From: Candidatus Fervidifonticultor sextus
GTDB taxonomy: Bacteria; Sysuimicrobiota; Sysuimicrobiia; Sysuimicrobiales; Humicultoraceae
DNA: 64,000 bases
Reading direction: 5' to 3'
Assembly (NCBI GenBank): GCA_031459875.1
Contig: JAVKHQ010000009.1
Coordinates: 24,116-88,115 of the forward strand
The position numbers and the translations under genes were made by a program. Positions 32,638 through 42,802 of this stretch are shown here, piece after piece. Every line of letters starts with the position of its first letter. The stretch's first letter is position 1. A model generated the notes under the pieces. The model saw only the letters and a list, made by a program, of their open reading frames with translations. It made no database searches and was not told where the DNA came from.

Positions 32638-34185
32638 GTGGCGCCCGACCGGCTGGAGGAACTGCGCCGCCGCCGCGAGCGCGTGCTGGCCATGGGCGGC
32701 GAGGATCGCGTCCGCCGCCAGCACGAGGCCGGGAAACTCACCGCCCGCGAGCGGTTGGACCTGCTGCTGGATCCCGGGTCCTTCGTCGAACTCGACCCGT
32801 TCGTCACCCCGCGCGGCCGCGAGTTCGGCCTGGACAAGGTGGAGGGCCCCGCCGACGGCGTGGTGACCGGCTGGGGCACGATCGACGGCCGGCCGGTCCA
32901 CGTCTTCTCGCAGGACTTCACGGTGCTGGGCGGCTCGCTGGGCGAAGGGCACGCCGCGAAGATCTGCAAGGTCATGGACCTGGCCCTGCGCACCGGCACG
33001 CCGGTGGTCGGGCTCAACGACTCGGGAGGCGCGCGGATCCAGGAGGGGGTCGCCAGCCTCGGCGGCTACGCCGACATCTTCCTGCGCAACACCCTGGCCA
33101 GCGGCGTCGTCCCGCAGATCTCGGCGATCATGGGGCCGTGCGCCGGCGGCGCGGTCTACTCGCCGGCGATCACCGACTTCACCATCATGGTCCGCGGCAC
33201 CGCGTACATGTTCGTCACCGGGCCGCAGGTCGTCCGGGCCGTGACGCGCGAGGAGGTCGCCTTCGAGGAGCTCGGGGGCGCCGACGTCCACGCCACGAAG
33301 AGCGGCATCGCCCACTTCACCGCCGCCGACGACGAGGAGTGCCTCCTGCTGGTCCGACGCCTGCTGGGCTTCCTGCCGTCCAACAACCTGGAGGACCCGC
33401 CGCGGCGGACGCCGACCGACGACCCCGCCCGGGCCGACCCTGCGCTGGACGGCCTGGTCCCCGACGATCCCACGAAGCCCTACGACATGCATGACGTCAT
33501 CCGGCGCATCGTCGACGACGGCGACTTCCTCGAGGTCCACGCGGCCTTCGCCCGCAACCTGGTCGTCGGCTTTGCCCGCCTGCACGGCCGGCCGGTCGGC
33601 ATCGTCGCCCAGCAGCCGCAGGTCCTCGCCGGGGCGCTGGACATCGACGCGTCGGCCAAGGGCGCGCGCTTCGTGCGCTTCTGCGACGCGTTCAACATCC
33701 CCCTGGTGACCTTCGTGGACGTCCCGGGGTTCCTGCCCGGCGTGGCGCAGGAGCACGGCGGCATCATCCGCCACGGGGCCAAGTTGCTCTACGCCTACTG
33801 CGAGGCCACCGTGCCGAAGCTGACGGTGATCACCCGCAAGGCCTACGGGGGAGCCTACGACGTCATGTCCAGCAAGCACATCCGCGGCGACCTGAACCTG
33901 GCCTGGCCGACGGCGGAGATCGCCGTCATGGGCCCGGAAGGCGCCATCGACATCATCTTCCGCAGGGAACTCGCCCAGGCTGCCGATCCCGAGGCGCGGC
34001 GCCGGGAACTGGTGGCCGAGTACCGCTCGCAGTTTGCCAACCCCTATGTGGCGGCCGCCCGCGGCTTCATCGACGACGTCATCGCCCCGCGCGAGACGCG
34101 GCGGCGCCTGATCGCGGCCCTGGAGGTCCTCCACCGCAAGCGCGAGGCCACCCCCCGCCGCAAACACGGCAACATCCCCCTGTAG
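32638..34185 (+). CDS. pccB: Propionyl-CoA carboxylase beta (carboxyltransferase) subunit
   Basis: [45 protein letters not shown]. Confidence 0.92.
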   Translation: MAPDRLEELRRRRERVLAMGGEDRVRRQHEAGKLTARERLDLLLDPGSFVELDPFVTPRGREFGLDKVEGPADGVVTGWGTIDGRPVHVFSQDFTVLGGSLGEGHAAKICKVMDLALRTGTPVVGLNDSGGARIQEGVASLGGYADIFLRNTLASGVVPQISAIMGPCAGGAVYSPAITDFTIMVRGTAYMFVTGPQVVRAVTREEVAFEELGGADVHATKSGIAHFTAADDEECLLLVRRLLGFLPSNNLEDPPRRTPTDDPARADPALDGLVPDDPTKPYDMHDVIRRIVDDGDFLEVHAAFARNLVVGFARLHGRPVGIVAQQPQVLAGALDIDASAKGARFVRFCDAFNIPLVTFVDVPGFLPGVAQEHGGIIRHGAKLLYAYCEATVPKLTVITRKAYGGAYDVMSSKHIRGDLNLAWPTAEIAVMGPEGAIDIIFRRELAQAADPEARRRELVAEYRSQFANPYVAAARGFIDDVIAPRETRRRLIAALEVLHRKREATPRRKHGNIPL

Positions 34186-34290
34186 GCTCTTCCCTGCGGT
34201 CTTGGGGTGGTCGAGGCGGACGAGGGCGAGGAATCGGTGCGCCGCAGGTGGAATTCTGATTGGGAGATCCCCGATCGTGGCTGATGGCCT

Positions 34291-34770
34291 ATGCACCTGC
34301 AACCCGTCACCCCAGGCGATCCCCGCTTCCGTGACTGGCTGCGCCGATACCGCGAAGAGATCACCGGGGAGCCGCCGTCCGAGGCGTGGCTGGACAAGTA
34401 CCTGGAGTCCCTCTTCGCCGAGCAGGGCACCCACCGGTTCATCTGGTGGGCCGTCGAGAATGGCCGCAGGATCGGGTTCGCCGTCGCGGTCCTGACCAGA
34501 CACTGGGCGAACAAGGCGCGCAAGCAGGGCGTCATCGGCGAGTTCTTCGTGTATCCCGAATACCGCCGCGAGGGCCACGGCCGGCGCATGGCGCAGGCGG
34601 TGATCCAGTTCCTTAAGGACCACGGCGCCGAAGAGATCCAGTCCGGCGTGATCGCCGGCAACGTGCGCGGCCTGCGTTTCTGGGAGGCGGTCGGCTTCCA
34701 GATCGCCCGGTACGCCCTGGTCTACCGCCCCGACCGACCCCGCGAGCCCGAGGAAGACGAGGGCGAGTAG
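34291..34770 (+). CDS. GNAT N-acetyltransferase
   Basis: EFFVYPEYRREGHG, N..GLRFWEAVGF. Confidence 0.85.
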   Translation: MHLQPVTPGDPRFRDWLRRYREEITGEPPSEAWLDKYLESLFAEQGTHRFIWWAVENGRRIGFAVAVLTRHWANKARKQGVIGEFFVYPEYRREGHGRRMAQAVIQFLKDHGAEEIQSGVIAGNVRGLRFWEAVGFQIARYALVYRPDRPREPEEDEGE

Positions 34771-34779
34771 CCCCCCGCA

Positions 34780-36258
34780 ATGCCGCCGCTGCGCCGGCTG
34801 CTCATCGCCAACCGCGGGGAGATCGCCGTCCGCGTCGTGCGCGCCTGTCGCGACCTGGGCGTCTCGCCGGTGGCGGTGTACGCGCCGATCGACGCCGACA
34901 GCCCTCACGTCCGTCTGGCCGACGACGCCTTCGCCCTTCCCGGCGATGCCCCGCACGAGGGCTACCTGAACGCGCCCCTGCTGGTGGACCTGGCCAGGCG
35001 CGCGGGCGCCTCGGCCATCCATCCGGGGTACGGATTCCTGGCCGAGAACCCCGCCTTCGCGGCGGCGTGCGAGGCCGCAGGAATCGCGTTCGTCGGCCCG
35101 CCCGCCGAGGTCCTGGCGCGGTGTGGGGACAAGGCCGCCGCACGCGCCGCGGTGGCCGCAGCCGGCGTGCCGGTGCTGCCCGGCACGGACGCCGTGGGGG
35201 ACGACGAGGCGGCCCGGGCCGCCCGGGACGTTGGGTTCCCGTTGCTGATCAAAGCGGTGGGAGGCGGCGGGGGCAAGGGGATCCACCTGGTCCGGGCGAT
35301 GGAGGAGTTGCCCGCCCAGCTCCGGCTGGCCCGCGGGGAGGCGCAGACGGCGTTCGGCGACCCCCGCGTCTACCTCGAGCGCTGGCTGGAGCGATCCCGA
35401 CACGTCGAGGTCCAGATCCTGGCCGACCAGCGGGGGCGCGCCATCCACCTGGGAGAGCGCGCCTGCTCGGTCCAGCGCCGCCACCAGAAGCTGATCGAGG
35501 AGGCTCCGGCCCCGGGCCTCGACCCGGGGGTGCGCGAGGCCTTGACCGACGCGGCGGTGCGCGTGGCCACGGCGCTGGGCTACCGCAACGCCGGCACCAT
35601 CGAGTTCCTCGTCGACGGCCGCGCCTTCTACTTTCTCGAGGTGAACGCGCGGATCCAGGTCGAGCATCCGGTCACCGAGGCGACGACCGGTGTGGACCTG
35701 GTCGCCGCGCAACTCCTGATCGCCGCCGGCGAACCGCTGCCATTCCGCCAGGAGGATGTGCGCGCCAGCGGGTGGGCCATCGAGTGCCGCATCAGCGCCG
35801 AGGACCCCCACGGCGGCTTCCTCCCGTCGCTGGGCCGCATCGACGGCGTCGTCGAACCTGCGGGTCCCGGAATTCGCGTGGACAGCGGCCTGTGGGTGGG
35901 CCAGACGGTGTCCCGCCACTTCGACCCCCTGCTGGCCAAGGTGATCGCCAGCGGGCCGACGCGCGAGGCGGCCATCGCGCGCGTGCGCCGGGCCCTGGCC
36001 GAATTCGCCATCTCGGGCGTGGACACCACGATCCCCTTCCACCTGTGGGCCCTGGAGCAGCCCGCCTTCGTGCAGGGCACCTACGACGTGCGTTTCGCGG
36101 AGCAGTGGGGAGGGGGACCCACCTCGCCGGAGGCCGAGCGGCTGGCCGTCCTGGCGGCGGCGGCGTGGTTCCACCGGACACGGCACCGGCCCTCGCTGCC
36201 CGCCGATGGCGCCTCCCCGGCGTGGGTCGCCGCGGCCCGGCAGGAGGCCCTCCGATGA
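34780..36258 (+). CDS. Biotin carboxylase subunit of acyl-CoA carboxylase
   Basis: IANRGEIA, HPGYGFLAEN, GGGGKG, QRRHQK, EVNARIQVEHP. Confidence 0.93.
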   Translation: MPPLRRLLIANRGEIAVRVVRACRDLGVSPVAVYAPIDADSPHVRLADDAFALPGDAPHEGYLNAPLLVDLARRAGASAIHPGYGFLAENPAFAAACEAAGIAFVGPPAEVLARCGDKAAARAAVAAAGVPVLPGTDAVGDDEAARAARDVGFPLLIKAVGGGGGKGIHLVRAMEELPAQLRLARGEAQTAFGDPRVYLERWLERSRHVEVQILADQRGRAIHLGERACSVQRRHQKLIEEAPAPGLDPGVREALTDAAVRVATALGYRNAGTIEFLVDGRAFYFLEVNARIQVEHPVTEATTGVDLVAAQLLIAAGEPLPFRQEDVRASGWAIECRISAEDPHGGFLPSLGRIDGVVEPAGPGIRVDSGLWVGQTVSRHFDPLLAKVIASGPTREAAIARVRRALAEFAISGVDTTIPFHLWALEQPAFVQGTYDVRFAEQWGGGPTSPEAERLAVLAAAAWFHRTRHRPSLPADGASPAWVAAARQEALR

Positions 36259-36833
36259 CTGCCCCGGGAGAGGACGGCCCCTCCATCGCCTTCGAGGTCA
36301 CTGCGGGCGGCCGCCGGCATGGGGTAAAAGTCACACCGTCGAACGACGCTCTGACGGTCACCGTAGAAGGACAGCCGACGGTGGTGCGGCTCGATCCTGC
36401 GGCGGGGTCGGAGTGCTGGCGGCTGTGGGTGGAGGGCCGGGCGGTGCCGGTACGCGTGCGCGAGGTGGCCGGCGGGTTGCTGGTCGGCGTCGGTGCCGCC
36501 TGCGTCCAAGTCAGCGTGCGGCGGGCGCTGCCGATTCCAATCCGCCGGGCATCGGCAGCGACGAGCGACGATCGCCTCGAGGTGCGGGCGCCGATGCCGG
36601 GGCTCGTCGTGAGCCTCCCGGTCGGAGCCGGCGAACTGGTCGCCGAGGGAGGCACGGTTGCGGTGGTCGAGGCCATGAAGATGCAGATGGACGTGTCCTC
36701 GCCGGCCTCCGGCCGCATCGAGGAGATCCGCGTCCGACCGGGCCAGGAGGTCACCGGCGGCCAGGTGCTCGCCGTGGTCCGGCCGGTGCGTGCGGGTGAG
36801 GACGACACATCGGGGGGAGGGTCCGGGGCGTGA
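36255..36833 (+). CDS. Biotin carboxyl carrier protein
   Basis: APMPG, EAMKM biotinylation motif. Confidence 0.88.
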   Translation: MTAPGEDGPSIAFEVTAGGRRHGVKVTPSNDALTVTVEGQPTVVRLDPAAGSECWRLWVEGRAVPVRVREVAGGLLVGVGAACVQVSVRRALPIPIRRASAATSDDRLEVRAPMPGLVVSLPVGAGELVAEGGTVAVVEAMKMQMDVSSPASGRIEEIRVRPGQEVTGGQVLAVVRPVRAGEDDTSGGGSGA

Positions 36834-38425
36834 GGGAGCAGCGGACGCCCGAGGTGGTCACGGCAGACGGCATTCCGGTGGAGGTGGTCTACGGGCCGCA
36901 GCACGTGCGGGAGGACTACCTGCGCGATCTGGGCGCCCCCGGGGAGTTCCCCTACACCCGCGGCATCTACCCCACGATGTACCGCGGCCGCCTGTGGACG
37001 ATGCGGCAGTACGCCGGCTACGGGGGTGCCGAGGAGTCAAACCGGCGGTACCGCTACCTCCTGGAGCAGGGTCAGACCGGGCTCTCGATCGCCTTTGATC
37101 TCCCGACCCAGATGGGGTACGACTCCGACCATCCGGAGGCGCTGGCCGAGGTCGGCAAGGTCGGCGTGGCCATCGACACGCTGGCCGACATGGAGATCCT
37201 CTTCGGCGGCATCCCCCTCGACCGTGTCTCGACCTCCATGACGATCAACGCCACGGCGGCAGTCCTGTTGGCCATGTACGTCGCCGTGGCGGAGAAGCAG
37301 GGCGTGCCGCCCGACCGTCTCGACGGCACGACGCAGAACGACATCCTCAAGGAATACATCGCCCGCCGCACCTACATCTACCCGCCGGGGCCGTCGCTGC
37401 GCCTGGTCACCGACACCTTCGCCTTCTGCGCACGGCACCTGCCCCGGTGGAACCCGATCAGCATCAGCGGTTACCACATGCGGGAAGCCGGCGCAACGGC
37501 GGTTCAGGAGGTGGCCTTCACCATCGCCAACGGCCTGACCTACCTCCAGGCGGCGATCGACGCCGGCCTCGAGGTGGACCAGATCGCGCCTCGGCTCTCG
37601 TTCTTCTTCGCGGCGCAGATGCACCTGCTGGAGGAGGTCGCCAAGTTCCGGGCGGCGCGCCGGCTGTGGGCGCGGCTGGTCTGCGACCGCTTCCGGCCAA
37701 AGGACCCGCGCTCGACGATGCTCCGGTTCCACACCCAGACGGCTGGCGCCGCGCTCACCGCCCAGCAGCCGGACAACAACGTGGTCCGGGTGACGATCCA
37801 GGCTCTGGCCGCGGTGCTGGGCGGCACCCAGTCGCTGCACACCAACGCGCGGGACGAGGCCCTGGCACTACCCAGCGAGGCCTCGGCGCTGCTGGCGCTG
37901 CGGACCCAGCAGATCATCGCCTACGAGAGCGATGTGGCCGCCACCGCCGATCCGCTGGGCGGCGCGTACTTCATCGAGCACCTGACCGACGAGATCGAGC
38001 AGCGGGCGGCGGGGCTGATCTCGCAGATCGAAGCCACCGGCGGGGTGCTGCGGGCCATCGAGAACGGCTGGATCGAGCGTGAGATCGCCGAGAGCGCCTA
38101 CCGGGAGGCGCAGGCGGTCGAGCGGGGCGAGCAGGTCGTCGTTGGCGTCAACCGGTTCGCAAGCGGTGCGCCCGCGCGCATCGACCTCCAGCGCATCGAC
38201 CCCGAGGTCGTTGACCGGCAGCTCGAGCGCCTCAGGCGCGTGCGGGCCGGGCGCGACGGGGCCGCGGTGGCGCGGGCGCTGGAGCGCCTGGGCGACGCGG
38301 CGCGCGGCCCCGACAACCTCCTCCCTCCGATCCTGGAGGCGGTGCGCGCCTACGCCACTATCGGGGAGATCTGCGACGTGCTACGGGGAGCCTTCAGCCG
38401 CTACCGGCCGCCGATCGTGGTCTAG
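36830..38425 (+). CDS. Methylmalonyl-CoA mutase, substrate-binding subunit (no B12 domain)
   Basis: [13 protein letters not shown] (specificity Tyr of MCM), [15 protein letters not shown]. Confidence 0.92.
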   Translation: MREQRTPEVVTADGIPVEVVYGPQHVREDYLRDLGAPGEFPYTRGIYPTMYRGRLWTMRQYAGYGGAEESNRRYRYLLEQGQTGLSIAFDLPTQMGYDSDHPEALAEVGKVGVAIDTLADMEILFGGIPLDRVSTSMTINATAAVLLAMYVAVAEKQGVPPDRLDGTTQNDILKEYIARRTYIYPPGPSLRLVTDTFAFCARHLPRWNPISISGYHMREAGATAVQEVAFTIANGLTYLQAAIDAGLEVDQIAPRLSFFFAAQMHLLEEVAKFRAARRLWARLVCDRFRPKDPRSTMLRFHTQTAGAALTAQQPDNNVVRVTIQALAAVLGGTQSLHTNARDEALALPSEASALLALRTQQIIAYESDVAATADPLGGAYFIEHLTDEIEQRAAGLISQIEATGGVLRAIENGWIEREIAESAYREAQAVERGEQVVVGVNRFASGAPARIDLQRIDPEVVDRQLERLRRVRAGRDGAAVARALERLGDAARGPDNLLPPILEAVRAYATIGEICDVLRGAFSRYRPPIVV

Positions 38426-38440
38426 ATCCCCGGGGGAGCC

Positions 38441-39238
38441 GTGCCGCTTCGGTCCGGCGTCGAGCACGAGGTCACGCTGGTCATCGCCTCGGATGTCCCC
38501 GAGGCGGTGGCGGAGCGCCTCGCCGATCTCACGGACCTCGCAGGCTACCGGCTCCTGGCGCCCCAGACCCACGCGATCCGAGACGTCCACTTCGACACGC
38601 CCGACCGAGCCCTGGAGGCCCGGGACCTGGCGCTGCGCCTGAGGGAGATCGACGGCCAGCGGTGGATCTCCGTGAAAGGCCCCGCGCGCCCGCTGCCCGG
38701 CGGCGGCGTGGCGCGGCCGGAGTTTGAACGGCCCTGGTCCCCCGAAGCCGTTGTGGCGGCACTCGACGAACTGGCCCGTGCCGGCGTCACGCTTCCGGCG
38801 GTCGGGCCTGCGCCGGCCGGTCTTGGCGCCCGCGAGGGCATGCTGGCCGCGGGCCTGGAGGTGATCCAGGACCGCGAGACGCGCAGGGTGGTCCGGGCCG
38901 TCGTGACGGAGAAGGGGGAACCGTCTCTGGCCCAGCTGGCCGTGGACGCCGTGGTCTTCCACCTGCGGGGCGTCGATGTCCGCCACCATGAGGTGGAGAT
39001 CGAGGCTGCCTCCGAAGCCGGACGGGAGGTCCTCCCCCTTCTGGCGGGGACCCTCCTCCGGCAGTTCGGGCCGGCGCTGCGCGTGGGTCTCCAGAGCAAA
39101 CTCGCGATCGGCAGGGCCCTGGAGTGCCTGCTGCGGCAGGGGGTCCTCTGGGGTGTCCTGGATAGGCGTGGGAATCTGACGCCCGCCGGCTACGACCGCC
39201 TCGTGGCCTGCGGACCAATTCCCCACAACCGCGGATGA
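38441..39238 (+). CDS. CYTH-domain protein
   Basis: EHEVTL (ExExK variant), DVHFDTPDRAL..LALRLR, EVEIE, SK. Confidence 0.65.
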   Translation: MPLRSGVEHEVTLVIASDVPEAVAERLADLTDLAGYRLLAPQTHAIRDVHFDTPDRALEARDLALRLREIDGQRWISVKGPARPLPGGGVARPEFERPWSPEAVVAALDELARAGVTLPAVGPAPAGLGAREGMLAAGLEVIQDRETRRVVRAVVTEKGEPSLAQLAVDAVVFHLRGVDVRHHEVEIEAASEAGREVLPLLAGTLLRQFGPALRVGLQSKLAIGRALECLLRQGVLWGVLDRRGNLTPAGYDRLVACGPIPHNRG

Positions 39239-39299
39239 GGCGCTGGCAGCCTTCCCGGCAGGTGGAGTCGGTGGCGCCGACCTGCTATCCTGGCACCAG

Positions 39300-40661
39300 A
39301 TGCGCCGCCATGAACTGCCGCAACTCGTCTCCGAGGTCGTCGCCGGCTCACCCCTGGCGGCGGGCCGCCTGATCTCCCTGCTGGAGAACGACGGCGAGCA
39401 GGCTGCCGACATCCTGCAGGGACTCCTTCCCCACGCCGGCCGGGCTCACGTGGTCGGGATCACCGGCCCCCCTGGCTCCGGCAAGAGCACGCTGGTCAAC
39501 GCCGCGATCCGGGGCCTGCGGGCGCAGGGCCGGCGGGTCGGTGTGGTCGCCGTGGACCCGACCAGCCCCTTCACCGGCGGCGCGCTGCTTGGGGACCGCA
39601 TCCGGATGCAGGACCACAGCACCGACCCCGACGTCTTCATCCGCTCCATGGCGACGCGCGGCAGCCTGGGCGGGCTGGCGCCGGCTGCAGGGCAGGCCGT
39701 CACGGTCCTGGATGCCTGGGGAGCGGCGGTGGTCTTCGTGGAGACCGTCGGCACCGGGCAGGCCGAGGTGGACGTCGTGGCCGCCGCCGACACCGTCGTG
39801 GTGATTACCGCGCCGGGGCTGGGTGACAGCATCCAGACCCTCAAGGCCGGCATCATGGAAATCGGTGACATCTTCGTGGTCAACAAGGCGGACCGTCCGG
39901 AATCAGACCGGGCGGTCACCGACCTCAAGATGGTCCTCAGCCTGGTCCCGGACGACCGGTGGCGGCCTCCGGTCCTGACCACGGTGGCCACGACCGGCGA
40001 AGGGGTCGCCGGCCTCCTGGCCGCCATCGCGGACCATCGGCGCCACCTGGAGGCGACAGACGGGCTCCGCGCCCGGAGGCGGGACCGCTGGAGGCGTGAG
40101 ATCATCCGGGCAGCCGAAGCGCGCCTGCGGGCCGAGATCGAGGAGGGTGCCGTCGGCGCGCGCCTGGACGACCTGGCGGAGCGTGTGGCGTCGGGCGCGC
40201 TCGACCCCCTCACGGCGGCCGACCGCCTGCTCGGCCGGCCGGGGTCGATTTTTGGGGACCAGCCGAGCGTACGGATCGACCACATCGGGGTGGCGGTGCG
40301 AAGCCTCGAATCGGCCAGGCGCTTCTATGAGGAAGTCCTGGGCACCGAGACCGGCCCGCCGGTGTCTCTCCCCGACGAGGGGGTGGTGGCCGCCTTTGTC
40401 GTCCTCGGCCAGACCCGGATCGAACTGCTGGAACCGTCCTCGCCGGAGGGGCCGGTGGCCCGGTTCCTCGGCCGCCGCGGAGAGGGAGTGCATCACATCG
40501 CCCTGGCCGTGCCCGACCTGGCCGGCGCCCTGGCGCGCGCAGAGGCGGCAGGCTGTACGCCGCTCGACCACACCCCGCGCCCCGGCGCCCATGGCACGCG
40601 CATCGCCTTCCTCCACCCGAAGAGCACCCACGGGGTTCTGATCGAGCTGGTGGAGCGGTAG
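39300..40661 (+). CDS. meaB: MeaB GTPase fused to methylmalonyl-CoA epimerase
   Basis: GPPGSGKST, DPTSPFTGGALLGDRIRM, NKAD; C-terminal IDHIGVAV, IELLEP, GEGVHHIA, FLHPKSTHGVLIEL. Confidence 0.9.
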   Translation: MRRHELPQLVSEVVAGSPLAAGRLISLLENDGEQAADILQGLLPHAGRAHVVGITGPPGSGKSTLVNAAIRGLRAQGRRVGVVAVDPTSPFTGGALLGDRIRMQDHSTDPDVFIRSMATRGSLGGLAPAAGQAVTVLDAWGAAVVFVETVGTGQAEVDVVAAADTVVVITAPGLGDSIQTLKAGIMEIGDIFVVNKADRPESDRAVTDLKMVLSLVPDDRWRPPVLTTVATTGEGVAGLLAAIADHRRHLEATDGLRARRRDRWRREIIRAAEARLRAEIEEGAVGARLDDLAERVASGALDPLTAADRLLGRPGSIFGDQPSVRIDHIGVAVRSLESARRFYEEVLGTETGPPVSLPDEGVVAAFVVLGQTRIELLEPSSPEGPVARFLGRRGEGVHHIALAVPDLAGALARAEAAGCTPLDHTPRPGAHGTRIAFLHPKSTHGVLIELVER

Positions 40662-40690
40662 CCTCCGGCATCCTGCCCACCGCCGGGTGG

Positions 40691-40719
40691 TTGCCGTCGA
40701 TGTCGGCTGGTGGTAAACT
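40691..40719 (+). promoter_or_regulatory. Sigma70 promoter
   Basis: TTGCCG-17 nt-TAAACT with extended TG. Confidence 0.65.
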
Positions 40720-40869
40720 ACTAAACAGTTCAGCTCAGACTTTCCGCATCCCGTCGCTTTGGGGGCCGTCGCCGGAGGGGCCTTCCGAACGCCCCGGATC
40801 CTTCAGGCCACTCGCGGTCCGGCACCGTCAGGCCGATCCTTGACGCCCCTCTGGGAACGAGGTGAGAGG

Positions 40870-41865
40870 ATGCGCGCGCGCAGACTTCGAACGGTGCTCG
40901 TCGGTGCGGTGGCGGCCGGTTCGCTGGCCGTCGGTGCCGCGGCGTCCGCGCATCTCCCCCGGGTCGTCCGGGTACGCACGGAGGCGGGGACGGTGTCCGT
41001 CAAGACCTACGGGGCTACTGTGGCCGAGGCCCTGCGCGAAGGACGGATCACCCTGGAATCCCACGACCGGGTCCGGCCGGAGCCGGGGACTCCGCTGACC
41101 GCCGGAATGACCATCACCGTACGGAGGGCCTTCCCGGTGACCCTGGTGGCCGACGGCCGGCGCCAGACATTCTCGACCTCGGCCCGGACGGTCGAGGAAT
41201 TCCTGGAGGAGGCCGGCGCGCGCCTGCGGCCTCGCGACAAGGTCTACCCCTCGATGGAGGCCGCCCTCTGGCCCCGCGCGACGGTGCGCATCGTCCGGAT
41301 CGAGACCCGGATCGTCACCGCCCGGGTGGCAGTGCCCTACGGTCGGATCACCCGGCCTGACCCGGACCTCCCCCGCGGGCTGACCCGCGTGGTCCAGCCC
41401 GGCCGGCCGGGTGCGCAGATCCGCCGGATCGCCGTGACCACGGCGGACGGGCTGGTGGTGGACCGCCAGGTGGTGGAGGACGTCCTCGTGCGGCGGCCGC
41501 AGGACCGCATCACCCAGGTCGGGACGCGGCGGGTCTTCGCCAGCCGGGGGGAGTTTGCCGGAAGGGAGATCCTCCACATGGAGGCCACCGCGTATGCGCC
41601 CTGGCATGGAAAGGGCGTTGACGGCATCACCGCCACCGGCCTACGGGCCGGCTTCGGCGTGGTGGCCGTGGACCCGCAGATCATCCCTCTGGGATCCCTG
41701 CTCTACATCGAGGGCTACGGCCGGGCGATCGCCGGAGACACCGGCGGCGCCATCAAGGGCCACCGCATCGACCTCGGGTTCAACACCGCCAGGGAGGCCT
41801 TCCGCTTCGGCCGCAGGCTTGTCCGCGTCTACCTCCTCTCGACGCCGGTCCAGGCGAATCGGTAG
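40870..41865 (+). CDS. YabE-like protein (DUF348 repeats, G5, 3D domain), cell-wall hydrolase
   Basis: TVAEAL..DRVRP repeats, G5 segment, MEATAY, VAVDP..IPLGS, AGDTGGAIKGHRIDL. Confidence 0.88.
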   Translation: MRARRLRTVLVGAVAAGSLAVGAAASAHLPRVVRVRTEAGTVSVKTYGATVAEALREGRITLESHDRVRPEPGTPLTAGMTITVRRAFPVTLVADGRRQTFSTSARTVEEFLEEAGARLRPRDKVYPSMEAALWPRATVRIVRIETRIVTARVAVPYGRITRPDPDLPRGLTRVVQPGRPGAQIRRIAVTTADGLVVDRQVVEDVLVRRPQDRITQVGTRRVFASRGEFAGREILHMEATAYAPWHGKGVDGITATGLRAGFGVVAVDPQIIPLGSLLYIEGYGRAIAGDTGGAIKGHRIDLGFNTAREAFRFGRRLVRVYLLSTPVQANR

Positions 41866-41914
41866 CCCCGGCCCTCCGGTTTCCGGACCAGGGCCTGCAC
41901 CCGACCCGGGGGAC

Positions 41915-42796
41915 CTGGATCCGACCACCCGCGCCGGCGTGCGGGCGGCGCTGGCGGCGTTCGGCATCAGGCTGCGTCCGGCGCGGGGTCAGCACTTCCT
42001 GGTCAATCCCCGAACCTTCGACAGGATCCTCGCTGCGGCGGAGCCGGGGCCGGACGACGTGATCCTGGAGATCGGCGCGGGGATCGGCTCCCTCACCGTG
42101 GCGCTGGCGAAGACCGGCGCCCGCGTCATCGCCATCGAGGTGGATGCCCGCTTCATCCCGATCCTGCGGGCCGTGGTGGCTCCGTATCCTCGCGTCAGGA
42201 TCCTCCAGGTGGACGCCATGGCCCTGACCCCGACCATGCTGCCCGCCCGTCCCACCAAGGTGGTCGCCAACCTCCCCTACTCCATCGCCTCACCGCTCCT
42301 GGTGAACCTGCTGCAGATGGGCATCGGCCACCGCTACGTCGTCATGCTCCAGGAGGAAGTCGCCCGCCGCATCGTCGCCGGCCCCGGCGACAGGGCCTAC
42401 GGCCTGCTCTCCGTCGCCATCCAGGCCTGCGCCCTCCCCAGCATCGTCTCCGCGGTGTCCCGGACCGCCTTCTTCCCGCCTCCCCAGGTCGCCTCGTGCA
42501 TCGTGAGGCTGGACGTCCCGGACGAGCCTCCGGTACCGCGGGCCCTGGTCCCGACCCTCATGGCCGTGGCCCGCGCCGCCTTCGGCCAGCGCCGCAAGAT
42601 GCTCCGCTCGTCGCTCCAGGCTGTGGAAGGCCGCGCCCTGTCCCCCGCAGACGTGGAGGCACGCTGCCGCGCGGCGGGAATCGATCCGCGGCGCCGCGGC
42701 GAGGACCTCTCCCTGGAGGAGTTCGTGCGGCTGGCCAGGGCCTTCGGGGAGAGGGATGAGCCCCTGGCGGCGGGAAGTCTCCCGGGGGGAATCTGA
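41915..42796 (+). CDS. rsmA: 16S rRNA adenine dimethyltransferase (start uncertain)
   Basis: GQHFL, EIGAGIGSLT, VVANLPYSI, QEEVARRI, FGQRRKML. Confidence 0.92.
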   Translation: MDPTTRAGVRAALAAFGIRLRPARGQHFLVNPRTFDRILAAAEPGPDDVILEIGAGIGSLTVALAKTGARVIAIEVDARFIPILRAVVAPYPRVRILQVDAMALTPTMLPARPTKVVANLPYSIASPLLVNLLQMGIGHRYVVMLQEEVARRIVAGPGDRAYGLLSVAIQACALPSIVSAVSRTAFFPPPQVASCIVRLDVPDEPPVPRALVPTLMAVARAAFGQRRKMLRSSLQAVEGRALSPADVEARCRAAGIDPRRRGEDLSLEEFVRLARAFGERDEPLAAGSLPGGI

Positions 42797-42802
42797 GCGG
42801 GG

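Noticed and set aside
32590..36186. 1198-aa minus-strand ORF, plus other long antisense ORFs (8596-11016, 14506-16500, 59087-60847)
   Set aside because: Shadow frames opposite well-supported genes in high-GC DNA, with no recognisable motifs
40722..40869. Firm call as a c-di-AMP riboswitch
   Set aside because: Core GAAU/GGAACC/GGGG/GCUAAC elements could not be matched
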